A DNA stretch of 51,316 nucleotides from Clostridiales bacterium (GTDB lineage Bacteria > Bacillota > Clostridia > Oscillospirales > Acutalibacteraceae). The notes beneath the pieces were generated by a model, which worked only from the letters and a program-made list of their open reading frames with translations, was not told the origin of the DNA and did not search any database. Positions 34,898-42,475 of the stretch are shown here, piece by piece. Each line of letters begins with the position of its first letter. Positions within the stretch are counted from its first letter, which is position 1. Location: positions 1-51,316 of the forward strand of contig JAAVYX010000089.1 in the NCBI GenBank assembly GCA_022791355.1, in the 5' to 3' direction. The translations under genes were made by a program, and so were the position numbers.

Positions 34898-35677
34898 TTA
34901 TTTCTTAGAAGGCAGGGGAAACCGGTCGCCGGCTATTACGGCCACGACCTCCTGCAAGTCCTCGGCCGGCTTGCAGCGGGGAGCGTAGGTAATCACGCTC
35001 TGCCCGTGCGCGGGCGCCTCCGCAACGTTGATGCTGCGGCGGATCTTGGTTTCAAATACCCGGCTGTCCAATTGGCGGGCCACCTCCTGCGCCAGCTCCA
35101 GCACCTCCTGGGACAGGATGAGACGCGGGTTGAATTTGTTGAGCAGAATGCCCAGCACCTTTAAATGGGGATTAAAGGTATCGCGGACGCTGATGATGGT
35201 CTCCTGCAGCTGGGTAATACCCACAAGGCTGAGAATTTCGGCCTCCATCGGCACAATCAGGGAATCGGTGGCCACGTAGGCGTTGATGGTCAAAACATTG
35301 AGGGAGGGCGGCGTATCGATAATGATAAAGTCGTATTCCTTGCGAATGGGGCGCAGGCATTGGTCCAGCATGAATTCCCGGCGCGCCGAATTGAATTCCA
35401 CCTCTGCGGCCGAGAGGGTGATGTCCGCAGGCAGAATGTCGCCATATTCGGAGGAGACAATGGCGTTCTCGATCGATTGATTGCCCTTGAGCACATCGCA
35501 GACCGTATAGCCTTCGCCAATATCGAGCCCTAAATTAAAGCCCAGATTGCCTTGAGGATCGAGATCAATGCCCAGAACACGCGCACCTCGCTGATGCAGC
35601 CCGCAAATAAGAGCGGAAGCGGTGGTCGTTTTGCCAACGCCGCCCTTTTGATTTGTGATGGTGATGATTTCTGACAA
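34898..35677 (-). CDS. Orphan ParA/Soj-type (deviant Walker A) P-loop ATPase
   Basis: ITITNQKGGVGKTTTASAL (KGGxGKT), GIDLDPQGNL, and Walker B DFIIIDTPPS. No ParB gene is adjacent. The stop is 18 nt upstream of the ComFB-domain gene. Confidence 0.85.
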   Translation of the reverse strand: MSEIITITNQKGGVGKTTTASALICGLHQRGARVLGIDLDPQGNLGFNLGLDIGEGYTVCDVLKGNQSIENAIVSSEYGDILPADITLSAAEVEFNSARREFMLDQCLRPIRKEYDFIIIDTPPSLNVLTINAYVATDSLIVPMEAEILSLVGITQLQETIISVRDTFNPHLKVLGILLNKFNPRLILSQEVLELAQEVARQLDSRVFETKIRRSINVAEAPAHGQSVITYAPRCKPAEDLQEVVAVIAGDRFPLPSKK

Positions 35678-35720
35678 GGAAATCTTCCTCCTTAAGCATA
35701 AAAAAATTAAAAAAAGTCTT

Positions 35721-35747
35721 TAAGTTATTCTATCATATTGTCGATAA
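35721..35747 (+). promoter_or_regulatory. Sigma-28 (SigD)-type promoter candidate for fliD-fliS-fliT
   Basis: TAAG-N15-GTCGATAA compared with the consensus TAAA-N15-GCCGATAA, about 200 nt upstream of fliD. Confidence 0.45.
35727..35735 (-). promoter_or_regulatory. Extended -10 (TGATAGAAT) candidate promoter for parA-comFB
   Basis: Minus-strand TGaTAGAAT lies about 50 nt upstream of the parA ATG. It overlaps the spacer of the + strand sigma-28 candidate. Confidence 0.3.
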
Positions 35748-35945
35748 AAATAAAAGAGGGGTAAAAAGTAATTTTTTACAACAGGCAGCAAGCTAAGACA
35801 GAAAACAGCCATGGGGAACAGAGCTGTTTTGGCTTTTGCCGCAAGGCTTTTATACCCTGGAAGAGCATTGCCGCCGTTGCGGGCGAAGGCATAGTATCAG
35901 AATGATTTTTATAAGTATAGTAAGAATAAAAAGAGGTGTGATACA

Positions 35946-38402
35946 ATGGCATCTATCAACAGTTTAGGCAGTTCCTCCAGTATTTATGGTTCCAGAAACG
36001 TCATGTCGGGTCTGGCCAGCGGTATGGATACCGAAACCTTGATCGAAAATGCGGTAGCCGGTATCCAGGCCAAGATTGCCGCTCTTCAAAAGAAAAGCAC
36101 GAAGGTTGAATGGCAGCAGGAGGCTTATAGAAAGATTATCGACCAGATTCTGAACTTCTCCAGCTCCTACAATTCCTATTCGTCTAGCAACAACCTCTCC
36201 TCCGCCAGCTTTTTTAACAGCGCCTATATGGTGACCACCGCCGGCAAATATGCCGACAAGATTTCGGCTACCGGCAAATCGTCCAGCGATATCCGGATCT
36301 TAGGCGTCAAGCAGCTGGCTACTTCGACCAAGTACTCGGTGTCCGGCGTGGGCGGAAGCACTGCCGATGTGCCTACCATTTCCGGAAGCGAGCTGGATCT
36401 TAACGAAGAGATGAAGGTGAGCAAGATTTCCGGCTCCCTCACCATAAACTATGGCGGCAGCCGTGCCTACACGGTAAAGTTTGGCGAGTTGGACGCCTAT
36501 GAAAATGCCGACGAGCTGGCCGACGCCATTACCGAACAGCTGAAGGATCAGAAGATGACCTTGTCGGACGGTTCCTCCGTCCTGGTCAGCAGCAGGATAG
36601 GCGTTTCGGTCAAGGACGGCAACATTGAATTTTATGACAAGGCGGGCGCGGGCAATAAAGTTTATGTCCATTCCGCCAGCGGCGACTTGGCGGAAACGCT
36701 GCATGTGGATCCTACCCAAAAGTCTTCCTCGCTGGAGGTGGGCAACACGCCGCTGTATGAGACCCCGACCAAGGGCGAATATTTGAAGGACAAGGAGATC
36801 AAGTTCACCCTTGACGGCGTGACCAAAACCATCTCTATCGATAAAGCCTACAGCGATCAGGACGAACTGATCGCAGACATAAACAAGAAGCTTTCCAGCG
36901 CCTTTGGCGCGGGTAAGATTTCGGTTTCCGCCAATTATGACAAGGGGCTTGTTTTCACCACCGCCAAGGGATCTACCATGAGTATTGAGGGCGGTAAGGC
37001 CTTGGGACTGTCCACCGATTCCGAGCTGTCCTATCTCGATATGAGCAAAAAGCTGGGCGATATCATCAAGGACGGCGATTGGGACAGCTTTGCCAAGGCC
37101 GAGGCCACGGGCAAAGTCACCAAGGTCGAGGCGACCGAAACCGACCCAGCTTATTATGTGGACGAAAAGGGAAACCGGGTAGAACAGGCCGACGACGACA
37201 ATTGGTATCGGATTGACGAAAAGGGCGATTTCCTTTATAAGTTTGAGCTCAACGGTCAGACTATTGGAAACTTCTCCAAAAACAGCCAGCTGGAAAATGT
37301 TACGGTAGCCATCAATAATAATACCACCGCCGGCGTAAACGTCAGCTATTCCAAGACTACCAATCAGTTCCATTTCGTTGCGGAAGAATCCGGCTCCGCC
37401 GGCAAGGTCGACTTTGGCGAGGGCCTGGCGCAGAAGCTGTTCGGTCAGGGCGGCAGCAATGTCGTCAAGGAGGAGCAGGGCGTAGACGCCATATTCTCCA
37501 TGTCGGTGGACGGGAATGTCTATGACGGCATCAGCCGCAGCAGCAATACCTTTAATGTGGACGGTATGGATATTTCGCTGAAGGGAACCTTCGGCGAGTT
37601 TAACGGCGAAAAGTTGCAGGATGTGGCGGAAGCGGAAAAGGACGCCGTTACCTTTACTTGTTCGGCGGACGCGGATAAAATCGTGGACGCCATCAAGACT
37701 ATGGTGGAGGATTACAACGCCATGGTCACCGAGATCAAAAACGCATATTCCACCATGCCCGCCCAGAAATCCAACGGCAGCCGGTACGAGCCCTTAAGCG
37801 ATAAGGATATTGAAGGTATGACTGAATCGGCCGTGAAGTCCTATGAGGAAAAGGCTAAAGAGGGCATCCTGTTTGCCGATCGGGACTTGTCCAATCTTTA
37901 CAGTAAGCTTACCTCCATCATCTCGCCGGCCGGGCAGGACGGGGCCGACCTCCGCGCTATGGGTCTGGAGGTGTCCTACAGCAACGGTCTGAGCGTCATC
38001 AAGCTGGACGAGGATAAGTTGCGCGCGACCCTGAATACCAATCCGGATAAAGTGAAGGACGCCTTTACCAAATCGGTGGCCAACGGCGCCGAGACCGACG
38101 GTTTGATGGCATCCTTGAAAAATACGCTGGAGGTTTACGCCAAGTCTACCGGCAGCGATAAGGGTATACTGGTGACCAAAGCCGGTTCCGCTAAGGTGCC
38201 CGCGTCGGTTTACCAAAATACCCTTCAGACGAGACTGGATGAGTACGACAAGCAAATCGAAAAGTGGCAGGATAAGCTGAGCGACCGGGTTGATTATTAC
38301 ACCAAGCAGTTTACCTTGCTGGAACAGCTTGTCGCTGAGATGAATTCCCAAAGCTCCGCCCTGATGGGGCTGATGGGAGGAATGGGAACGGCTTCCGTAT
38401 AG
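35946..38402 (+). CDS. fliD: Flagellar filament cap protein FliD (long form, 818 aa)
   Basis: GLASGMDTETLIENAVAGIQAKIAALQKK at the N-terminus. C-terminal coiled-coil YTKQFTLLEQLVAEMNSQSSALMGL. Confidence 0.9.
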   Translation: MASINSLGSSSSIYGSRNVMSGLASGMDTETLIENAVAGIQAKIAALQKKSTKVEWQQEAYRKIIDQILNFSSSYNSYSSSNNLSSASFFNSAYMVTTAGKYADKISATGKSSSDIRILGVKQLATSTKYSVSGVGGSTADVPTISGSELDLNEEMKVSKISGSLTINYGGSRAYTVKFGELDAYENADELADAITEQLKDQKMTLSDGSSVLVSSRIGVSVKDGNIEFYDKAGAGNKVYVHSASGDLAETLHVDPTQKSSSLEVGNTPLYETPTKGEYLKDKEIKFTLDGVTKTISIDKAYSDQDELIADINKKLSSAFGAGKISVSANYDKGLVFTTAKGSTMSIEGGKALGLSTDSELSYLDMSKKLGDIIKDGDWDSFAKAEATGKVTKVEATETDPAYYVDEKGNRVEQADDDNWYRIDEKGDFLYKFELNGQTIGNFSKNSQLENVTVAINNNTTAGVNVSYSKTTNQFHFVAEESGSAGKVDFGEGLAQKLFGQGGSNVVKEEQGVDAIFSMSVDGNVYDGISRSSNTFNVDGMDISLKGTFGEFNGEKLQDVAEAEKDAVTFTCSADADKIVDAIKTMVEDYNAMVTEIKNAYSTMPAQKSNGSRYEPLSDKDIEGMTESAVKSYEEKAKEGILFADRDLSNLYSKLTSIISPAGQDGADLRAMGLEVSYSNGLSVIKLDEDKLRATLNTNPDKVKDAFTKSVANGAETDGLMASLKNTLEVYAKSTGSDKGILVTKAGSAKVPASVYQNTLQTRLDEYDKQIEKWQDKLSDRVDYYTKQFTLLEQLVAEMNSQSSALMGLMGGMGTASV

Positions 38403-38421
38403 GCCGGAGGAGATAATCAGC

Positions 38422-38799
38422 ATGGATACAAAGGGATTGCAGCGTTATCAAAAGGACGCCGTTGATACTATGACGCAGGGCGAGCTGCTGCTTATGCTTT
38501 ATGACGAGCTGGTAAAACGGCTCACAAGAGCCGAACTGGCCTTGGATAAGGAGGACTACGCCCTCTTTGAGGCGTCGGTGGACCGCAGCGTTGAAATCAT
38601 CTGGTATCTGGACGATACGTTGGATAAGCAATATTCCATTGGCCGGGATTTAGCAAAGCTATATGACTTTTTTTGCTATGAGCTCAGCCGAGTGAAGGTA
38701 GGCCGCAACCGCACCGAGCTTGCAAGAATGCAGAAGATGGTCGGTGAACTGCGGGACTCTTTCCGAGGCGCACAGCAAAACAATGATTCGGGAAAGTGA
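38422..38799 (+). CDS. fliS: Flagellin-specific export chaperone FliS
   Basis: YQKDAVDTMTQGELLLMLYDELVKRL...YELSRV pattern, positioned after fliD. Confidence 0.88.
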   Translation: MDTKGLQRYQKDAVDTMTQGELLLMLYDELVKRLTRAELALDKEDYALFEASVDRSVEIIWYLDDTLDKQYSIGRDLAKLYDFFCYELSRVKVGRNRTELARMQKMVGELRDSFRGAQQNNDSGK

Positions 38800-39194
38800 G
38801 CGTTGCCATGCAGGCTGAAACCTTAATGAACGCGCTGGTTTTAACCAAGCGTATAGGAAATCTGCTCAATGAGATCATGGATATCTCTCAGCAGTTGGCC
38901 GAGGCGGTTGACCGCGGCGATGAAGTAACGGCTGGGATGCTCATTTCCATGCGCTCAGAACCCATCGATAAGCTGAAGGTTGCCCGCCGTGCGCTGCAGG
39001 AGCTGGTGGAAGAAGCCGGCCCGGCGGACCGGGAGAGGCTATCTGCATTGCTGGGGGGCGGCAAAGCGGCGGACAGCCGGGAAGAGCCCCTGGAAAAGCA
39101 GGCGGCCTCCAATGCACGACAATCGGAAAAGGTGGTTACCTTTGAGCGCGTCCTGAATCGAAAGGTCACAAGAGACAAATCGATTTTTCAATAA
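38796..39194 (+). CDS. Putative flagellar export chaperone (FliT/FlgN-like)
   Basis: 132-aa helical protein overlapping the fliS stop, in the position B. subtilis fliT occupies. No strong motif. An alternative ATG lies at 38808. Confidence 0.4.
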   Translation: MSVAMQAETLMNALVLTKRIGNLLNEIMDISQQLAEAVDRGDEVTAGMLISMRSEPIDKLKVARRALQELVEEAGPADRERLSALLGGGKAADSREEPLEKQAASNARQSEKVVTFERVLNRKVTRDKSIFQ

Positions 39195-39197
39195 CAA

Positions 39198-39239
39198 GCG
39201 TCAGCGTCATCCCTTTTTGATAGGGGATGACGCTGACGC
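39198..39239 (+). terminator. Strong 16-bp stem-loop after the fliD-fliS-fliT unit
   Basis: GCGTCAGCGTCATCCC-(10 nt)-GGGATGACGCTGACGC. There is no U-tract after the stem. Confidence 0.5.
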
Positions 39240-39400
39240 GCAGCTATCGGAACCGGCGGCGTTAAGCTGTTTGCCTGGAAAGGAATAGGGAGAACGGTTC
39301 CGGGGCTAGAAGGGCTTTTAGCCCGCCGTATAGCTGTTTCGCGTATCGTGGGCGTTTGCCGTTTTGACAGAGCTACTATGAAATGCAGAGGGATCCATTT

Positions 39401-40156
39401 ATGCCGGATATTATTCTGGAGGGCGTTAGTAAAATATATAAGGATCGTCACAGAGGTCGTTGGAGGGGGCGCTTAAAAGCAGGAGATCTTGATCTCACAG
39501 TTCGTGCGGCGGAGGACCTGGACCTTACTATTCGACAGGGGGAATTTGTTTTTGTCGTAGGCAGCAGCGGCGCTGGGAAAAGCACCCTGCTACGATTGAT
39601 CAGCGGCGGCGTAAAGCCGGATAAAGGGAAGGTTTACCTGGACGGATACAGTATGGACACCTTTCACTCCTGGAACAGGAGCTATCGGATCAATGTCTTC
39701 GGACAGGTTTGGCAGGAACCCACTCTGGTCAGAAAAAAAACGGTGGAGGAAAATCTGCGGCTTGTGGCGAATATTCACGACTGGATGCAGCGGGGACCTC
39801 ATAAGGCTGTGAAAGAACGCGTGAATAAGGTGTTGGGGCTTGTGGGAATGTCGGGATCCAACGATTTGTTCCCGGTGGAGCTGTCCGGCGGAGAAGTGCG
39901 GCGGGTGGAACTGGCCAGAGCCTTGATCAACAGTCCTTCCATTTTGGTGCTGGATGAGATCACCAATAACCTGGACGACGACAATATTTGGGATATTCTC
40001 CAATTGCTAATCGAGCTTAATGAAAAGGGAACCACAATTATTATGGCCACCCACGCCAGTCAATACGTGAATATCATGTGCCGCAGGGTGATCACCTTAG
40101 TAAACGGACGCATCCGTAGCGACGTGCAGAGGGGAAAATACGGCGATATGGTTTAA
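39401..40156 (+). CDS. Orphan FtsE-like ABC-transporter ATP-binding protein
   Basis: Walker A GSSGAGKST, signature LSGGEVRRV, Walker B ILVLDE, H-loop ATH. No permease or FtsX gene is adjacent. Alternative ATG at 39383. Confidence 0.75.
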   Translation: MPDIILEGVSKIYKDRHRGRWRGRLKAGDLDLTVRAAEDLDLTIRQGEFVFVVGSSGAGKSTLLRLISGGVKPDKGKVYLDGYSMDTFHSWNRSYRINVFGQVWQEPTLVRKKTVEENLRLVANIHDWMQRGPHKAVKERVNKVLGLVGMSGSNDLFPVELSGGEVRRVELARALINSPSILVLDEITNNLDDDNIWDILQLLIELNEKGTTIIMATHASQYVNIMCRRVITLVNGRIRSDVQRGKYGDMV

Positions 40157-40193
40157 AAACTGTATGCAGGACGGTTTTTAAACCATATGCCGA

Positions 40194-40222
40194 TTGATAT
40201 AGAAAGTCATCAAAAATATGAT
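40194..40222 (+). promoter_or_regulatory. Sigma-A-type promoter candidate for the MCP gene
   Basis: TTGATA-N17-TATGAT. This would give a very short leader before GAGGAG and the ATG at 40245. Confidence 0.35.
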
Positions 40223-40244
40223 GGAAAGAAGAGGAGAAAAGATC

Positions 40245-42026
40245 ATGCTTAAAAACATGAAAATCAAGAAGAGCTTAATTCTGACATTTGGGATTACGGT
40301 TCTGCTTTCTGTAGCGATCATTATTTGTACTTTGTTTATTATGATTTCGCAGAAGGGCCGCTATTCCAACCTAATCGATCAGGAAATTAAGGCGACTGAA
40401 CTGATTACGAAAAGCGAACTGTATACCAATATAGCGGCCCGCGACCTTCGCGATGTGGCGCTGATGCCCAATGCCTCGGGCGCAGCTGATAAAATACAGT
40501 CTATTTATAAGACTCTGGAAGACGCGGACGCCGTTATGCAGGAGCTGAAGGCGGCGTATCCGCTGGCTGACAAATCGCAGCTGGAATCCTACATCAGCGT
40601 TTTCCAAAGCTGGGGACAGGAGATTCCTGACATTGCCGCCGCCATCACTTCCGGCAATATGACCCAGGCTATTAACATGATTCAAACCAAGTGCAGCCCT
40701 CTGCTGAATCAAATGACTTCCATAGGCGCCTCCTTGAGCGATATTCTCTCCGACGCTAAGGACAAGGCCATCCGTCAGCAGGAAATGATGACGACCTATG
40801 CGATTATCATCATTATCGCAGTACTGGTTATCGCCGTTATTTTCGTGTTGAGCCTCATCACCAAGTTGATCAAAACCATCACCACGCCCACCGAAGAAAT
40901 CCGCGCGGCTCTGGTTGGCTTCAGTCAGGGTAATCTGCGGGTTCCCATCACCTTTACAAGCAAAAACGAGTTGGGCGAAATGTGCGACGCCATGCGGAAA
41001 AGCCAGCATATTCTCGGCGGCGTTATCGAGGACGAGTGCTATCTGCTGGAGGAAATGGCCCAAGGCAACTTCAATTTGACCAGCAAGGACAAGAATCTGT
41101 ACGTCGGCGCGCTGAGCTCTATTCTGAAGTCTATCAGGACCATCAACTATAACCTCAGCGATACCTTGACTCAGATTTCCCAGAGCGCTGAGCAGGTTTC
41201 CGCCGGTGCCGAGCAGGTCTCTACCAGCGCTCAGGCTCTGGCCCAGGGAGCGACCGAACAGGCCAGCGCCGTGGAGCAGCTTTCCGCCACCATTAACGAA
41301 ATTTCTAACAACGCCCAGGAAAACGCCAAGAGCAGCGAAGAGGTCATGGTCCATTCGCAGGCGGCCGGCGGCAAGATTGAGACCTGCTCCCAGTATATGG
41401 AGCAGATGGTAGAAGCGATGAAGAAGATTTCCGAGTCCTCTGAGGAAATCAGCAAAATCATTGCTACGATTGAAAACATCGCTTTCCAGACCAATATTCT
41501 GGCGCTTAACGCCGCTGTGGAAGCCGCGCGCGCCGGCGTTGCGGGCAAGGGCTTTGCCGTTGTGGCCGACGAGGTTCGGAACTTGGCCTCCAAGTCGGAT
41601 CAGGCCTCCAAGGCGACTAAGGATTTGATTGAACGCTCTATCGTCGCTGTAAAGGATGGAGAGGAAATTGTAAACCGGGTATCCGACGCCCTTAACAGCA
41701 CCCGTGAGGCTGCGGGTTCCGCTGTGCAGGGAATTGGCACGATCAGCACGGCTGTGGAAAGCGAAGCCGAGTCCATTTCGCAGGTCATGGAGGGCATCGA
41801 CCAGATTTCTTCCGTTGTGCAGACCAACTCTGCGACCAGCGAGCAGTCCGCGGCTGCGAGTGAAGAGCTGTCCAGCCAGGCCGCGTTGATGAAGGATCTC
41901 ATGACGCGCTTTAAGCTGCGCGGGGTCGACAACCATGAAAACAGCATGGAGGTATCCGCATATACTGCTCCTGAGGCTTATGAGGAGGAAGGCAGCGCGA
42001 CTGTTAACTCCTTTAGCAAGTATTAA
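40245..42026 (+). CDS. Methyl-accepting chemotaxis protein: two TM segments, helical ligand-binding domain, HAMP, signalling domain
   Basis: Highly conserved hairpin-tip region [44 protein letters not shown] segment [19 protein letters not shown]. Confidence 0.93.
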   Translation: MLKNMKIKKSLILTFGITVLLSVAIIICTLFIMISQKGRYSNLIDQEIKATELITKSELYTNIAARDLRDVALMPNASGAADKIQSIYKTLEDADAVMQELKAAYPLADKSQLESYISVFQSWGQEIPDIAAAITSGNMTQAINMIQTKCSPLLNQMTSIGASLSDILSDAKDKAIRQQEMMTTYAIIIIIAVLVIAVIFVLSLITKLIKTITTPTEEIRAALVGFSQGNLRVPITFTSKNELGEMCDAMRKSQHILGGVIEDECYLLEEMAQGNFNLTSKDKNLYVGALSSILKSIRTINYNLSDTLTQISQSAEQVSAGAEQVSTSAQALAQGATEQASAVEQLSATINEISNNAQENAKSSEEVMVHSQAAGGKIETCSQYMEQMVEAMKKISESSEEISKIIATIENIAFQTNILALNAAVEAARAGVAGKGFAVVADEVRNLASKSDQASKATKDLIERSIVAVKDGEEIVNRVSDALNSTREAAGSAVQGIGTISTAVESEAESISQVMEGIDQISSVVQTNSATSEQSAAASEELSSQAALMKDLMTRFKLRGVDNHENSMEVSAYTAPEAYEEEGSATVNSFSKY

Positions 42027-42114
42027 GGAACAGCTTGTTTCCTTGTACATATCGCGCCATCATTTTTGTAGCTTTTCCATAAATACGTTTCTTGTATAGT
42101 GGGGCTTGTAAATT

Positions 42115-42151
42115 GCCAGAGAGAGGTTGAATTCCCCTCTCTGGCATTTTT
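42115..42151 (+). terminator. Rho-independent terminator of the MCP gene
   Basis: GCCAGAGAGAGG-(loop)-CCCCTCTCTGGC followed by ATTTTT. Confidence 0.75.
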
Positions 42152-42257
42152 CAACAGATTGAAATAAATAGCAGCCTTCAAAATACCTGAGAGGGTACGC
42201 GAGACCAAGCGGAGCTAAATGCATAGGCTGGGTTGACGACCCAAGGGGACGAGAGCT

Positions 42258-42373
42258 AGCCGCTCGACAGAGCGGCAAAAAGGGTCAGCCGCTCGACAGA
42301 GCGGCAAAAAGGGTCAGCCGCTCGACAGAGCGGTAAAAAGAGTCGGCCGCTCGACAGAGCGGTAAAACGACGA
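42258..42373. repeat. Four head-to-tail copies of a 29-bp unit, each containing a 7-bp-stem hairpin and an A5 tract
   Basis: Unit AGCCGCTCGACAGAGCGGCAAAAAGGGTC. Copies start at 42258, 42287, 42316 and 42345. The first two are identical and the last two carry a few substitutions. Confidence 0.9.
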
Positions 42374-42475
42374 TACCGTGGCTTGAACTCGACGCCATTT
42401 GCTGAACCCCGCTTTTTCGCGTCTATTCTCTCGTCTATTCTGAAAATTGCTAAAAACATTTTGGAGTGATGTGTT

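Noticed and set aside
34898-35677. Calling the ParA-like ATPase FlhG (YlxH/FleN).
   Set aside because: Its Walker A and overall pattern (NQKGGVGKTT, DLDPQGN) are Soj/ParA-like, not MinD/FlhG-like. It is on the opposite strand, away from flhA, with no flhF partner. I left it as an orphan ParA-type ATPase.
40148-40186. AT-rich inverted repeat GGTTTAAAAAC ... GTTTTTAAACC, overlapping the FtsE-like stop codon, as a terminator.
   Set aside because: The stem is weak and entirely A/T-rich, the loop is 13 nt, and there is no U-tract. This is not strong enough to annotate.
40371-42050. 559-aa minus-strand ORF antisense to the MCP gene.
   Set aside because: The + strand encodes an unmistakable MCP signalling domain. 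The antisense frame has low-complexity, Arg/Gly/Leu-rich composition and no start context.
42258-42373. Possible CRISPR array, given the regular ~29-bp repeats with dyad symmetry.
   Set aside because: The units are directly adjacent with no unique spacers between them. There are only four copies and no cas genes or leader. This is a simple tandem repeat.
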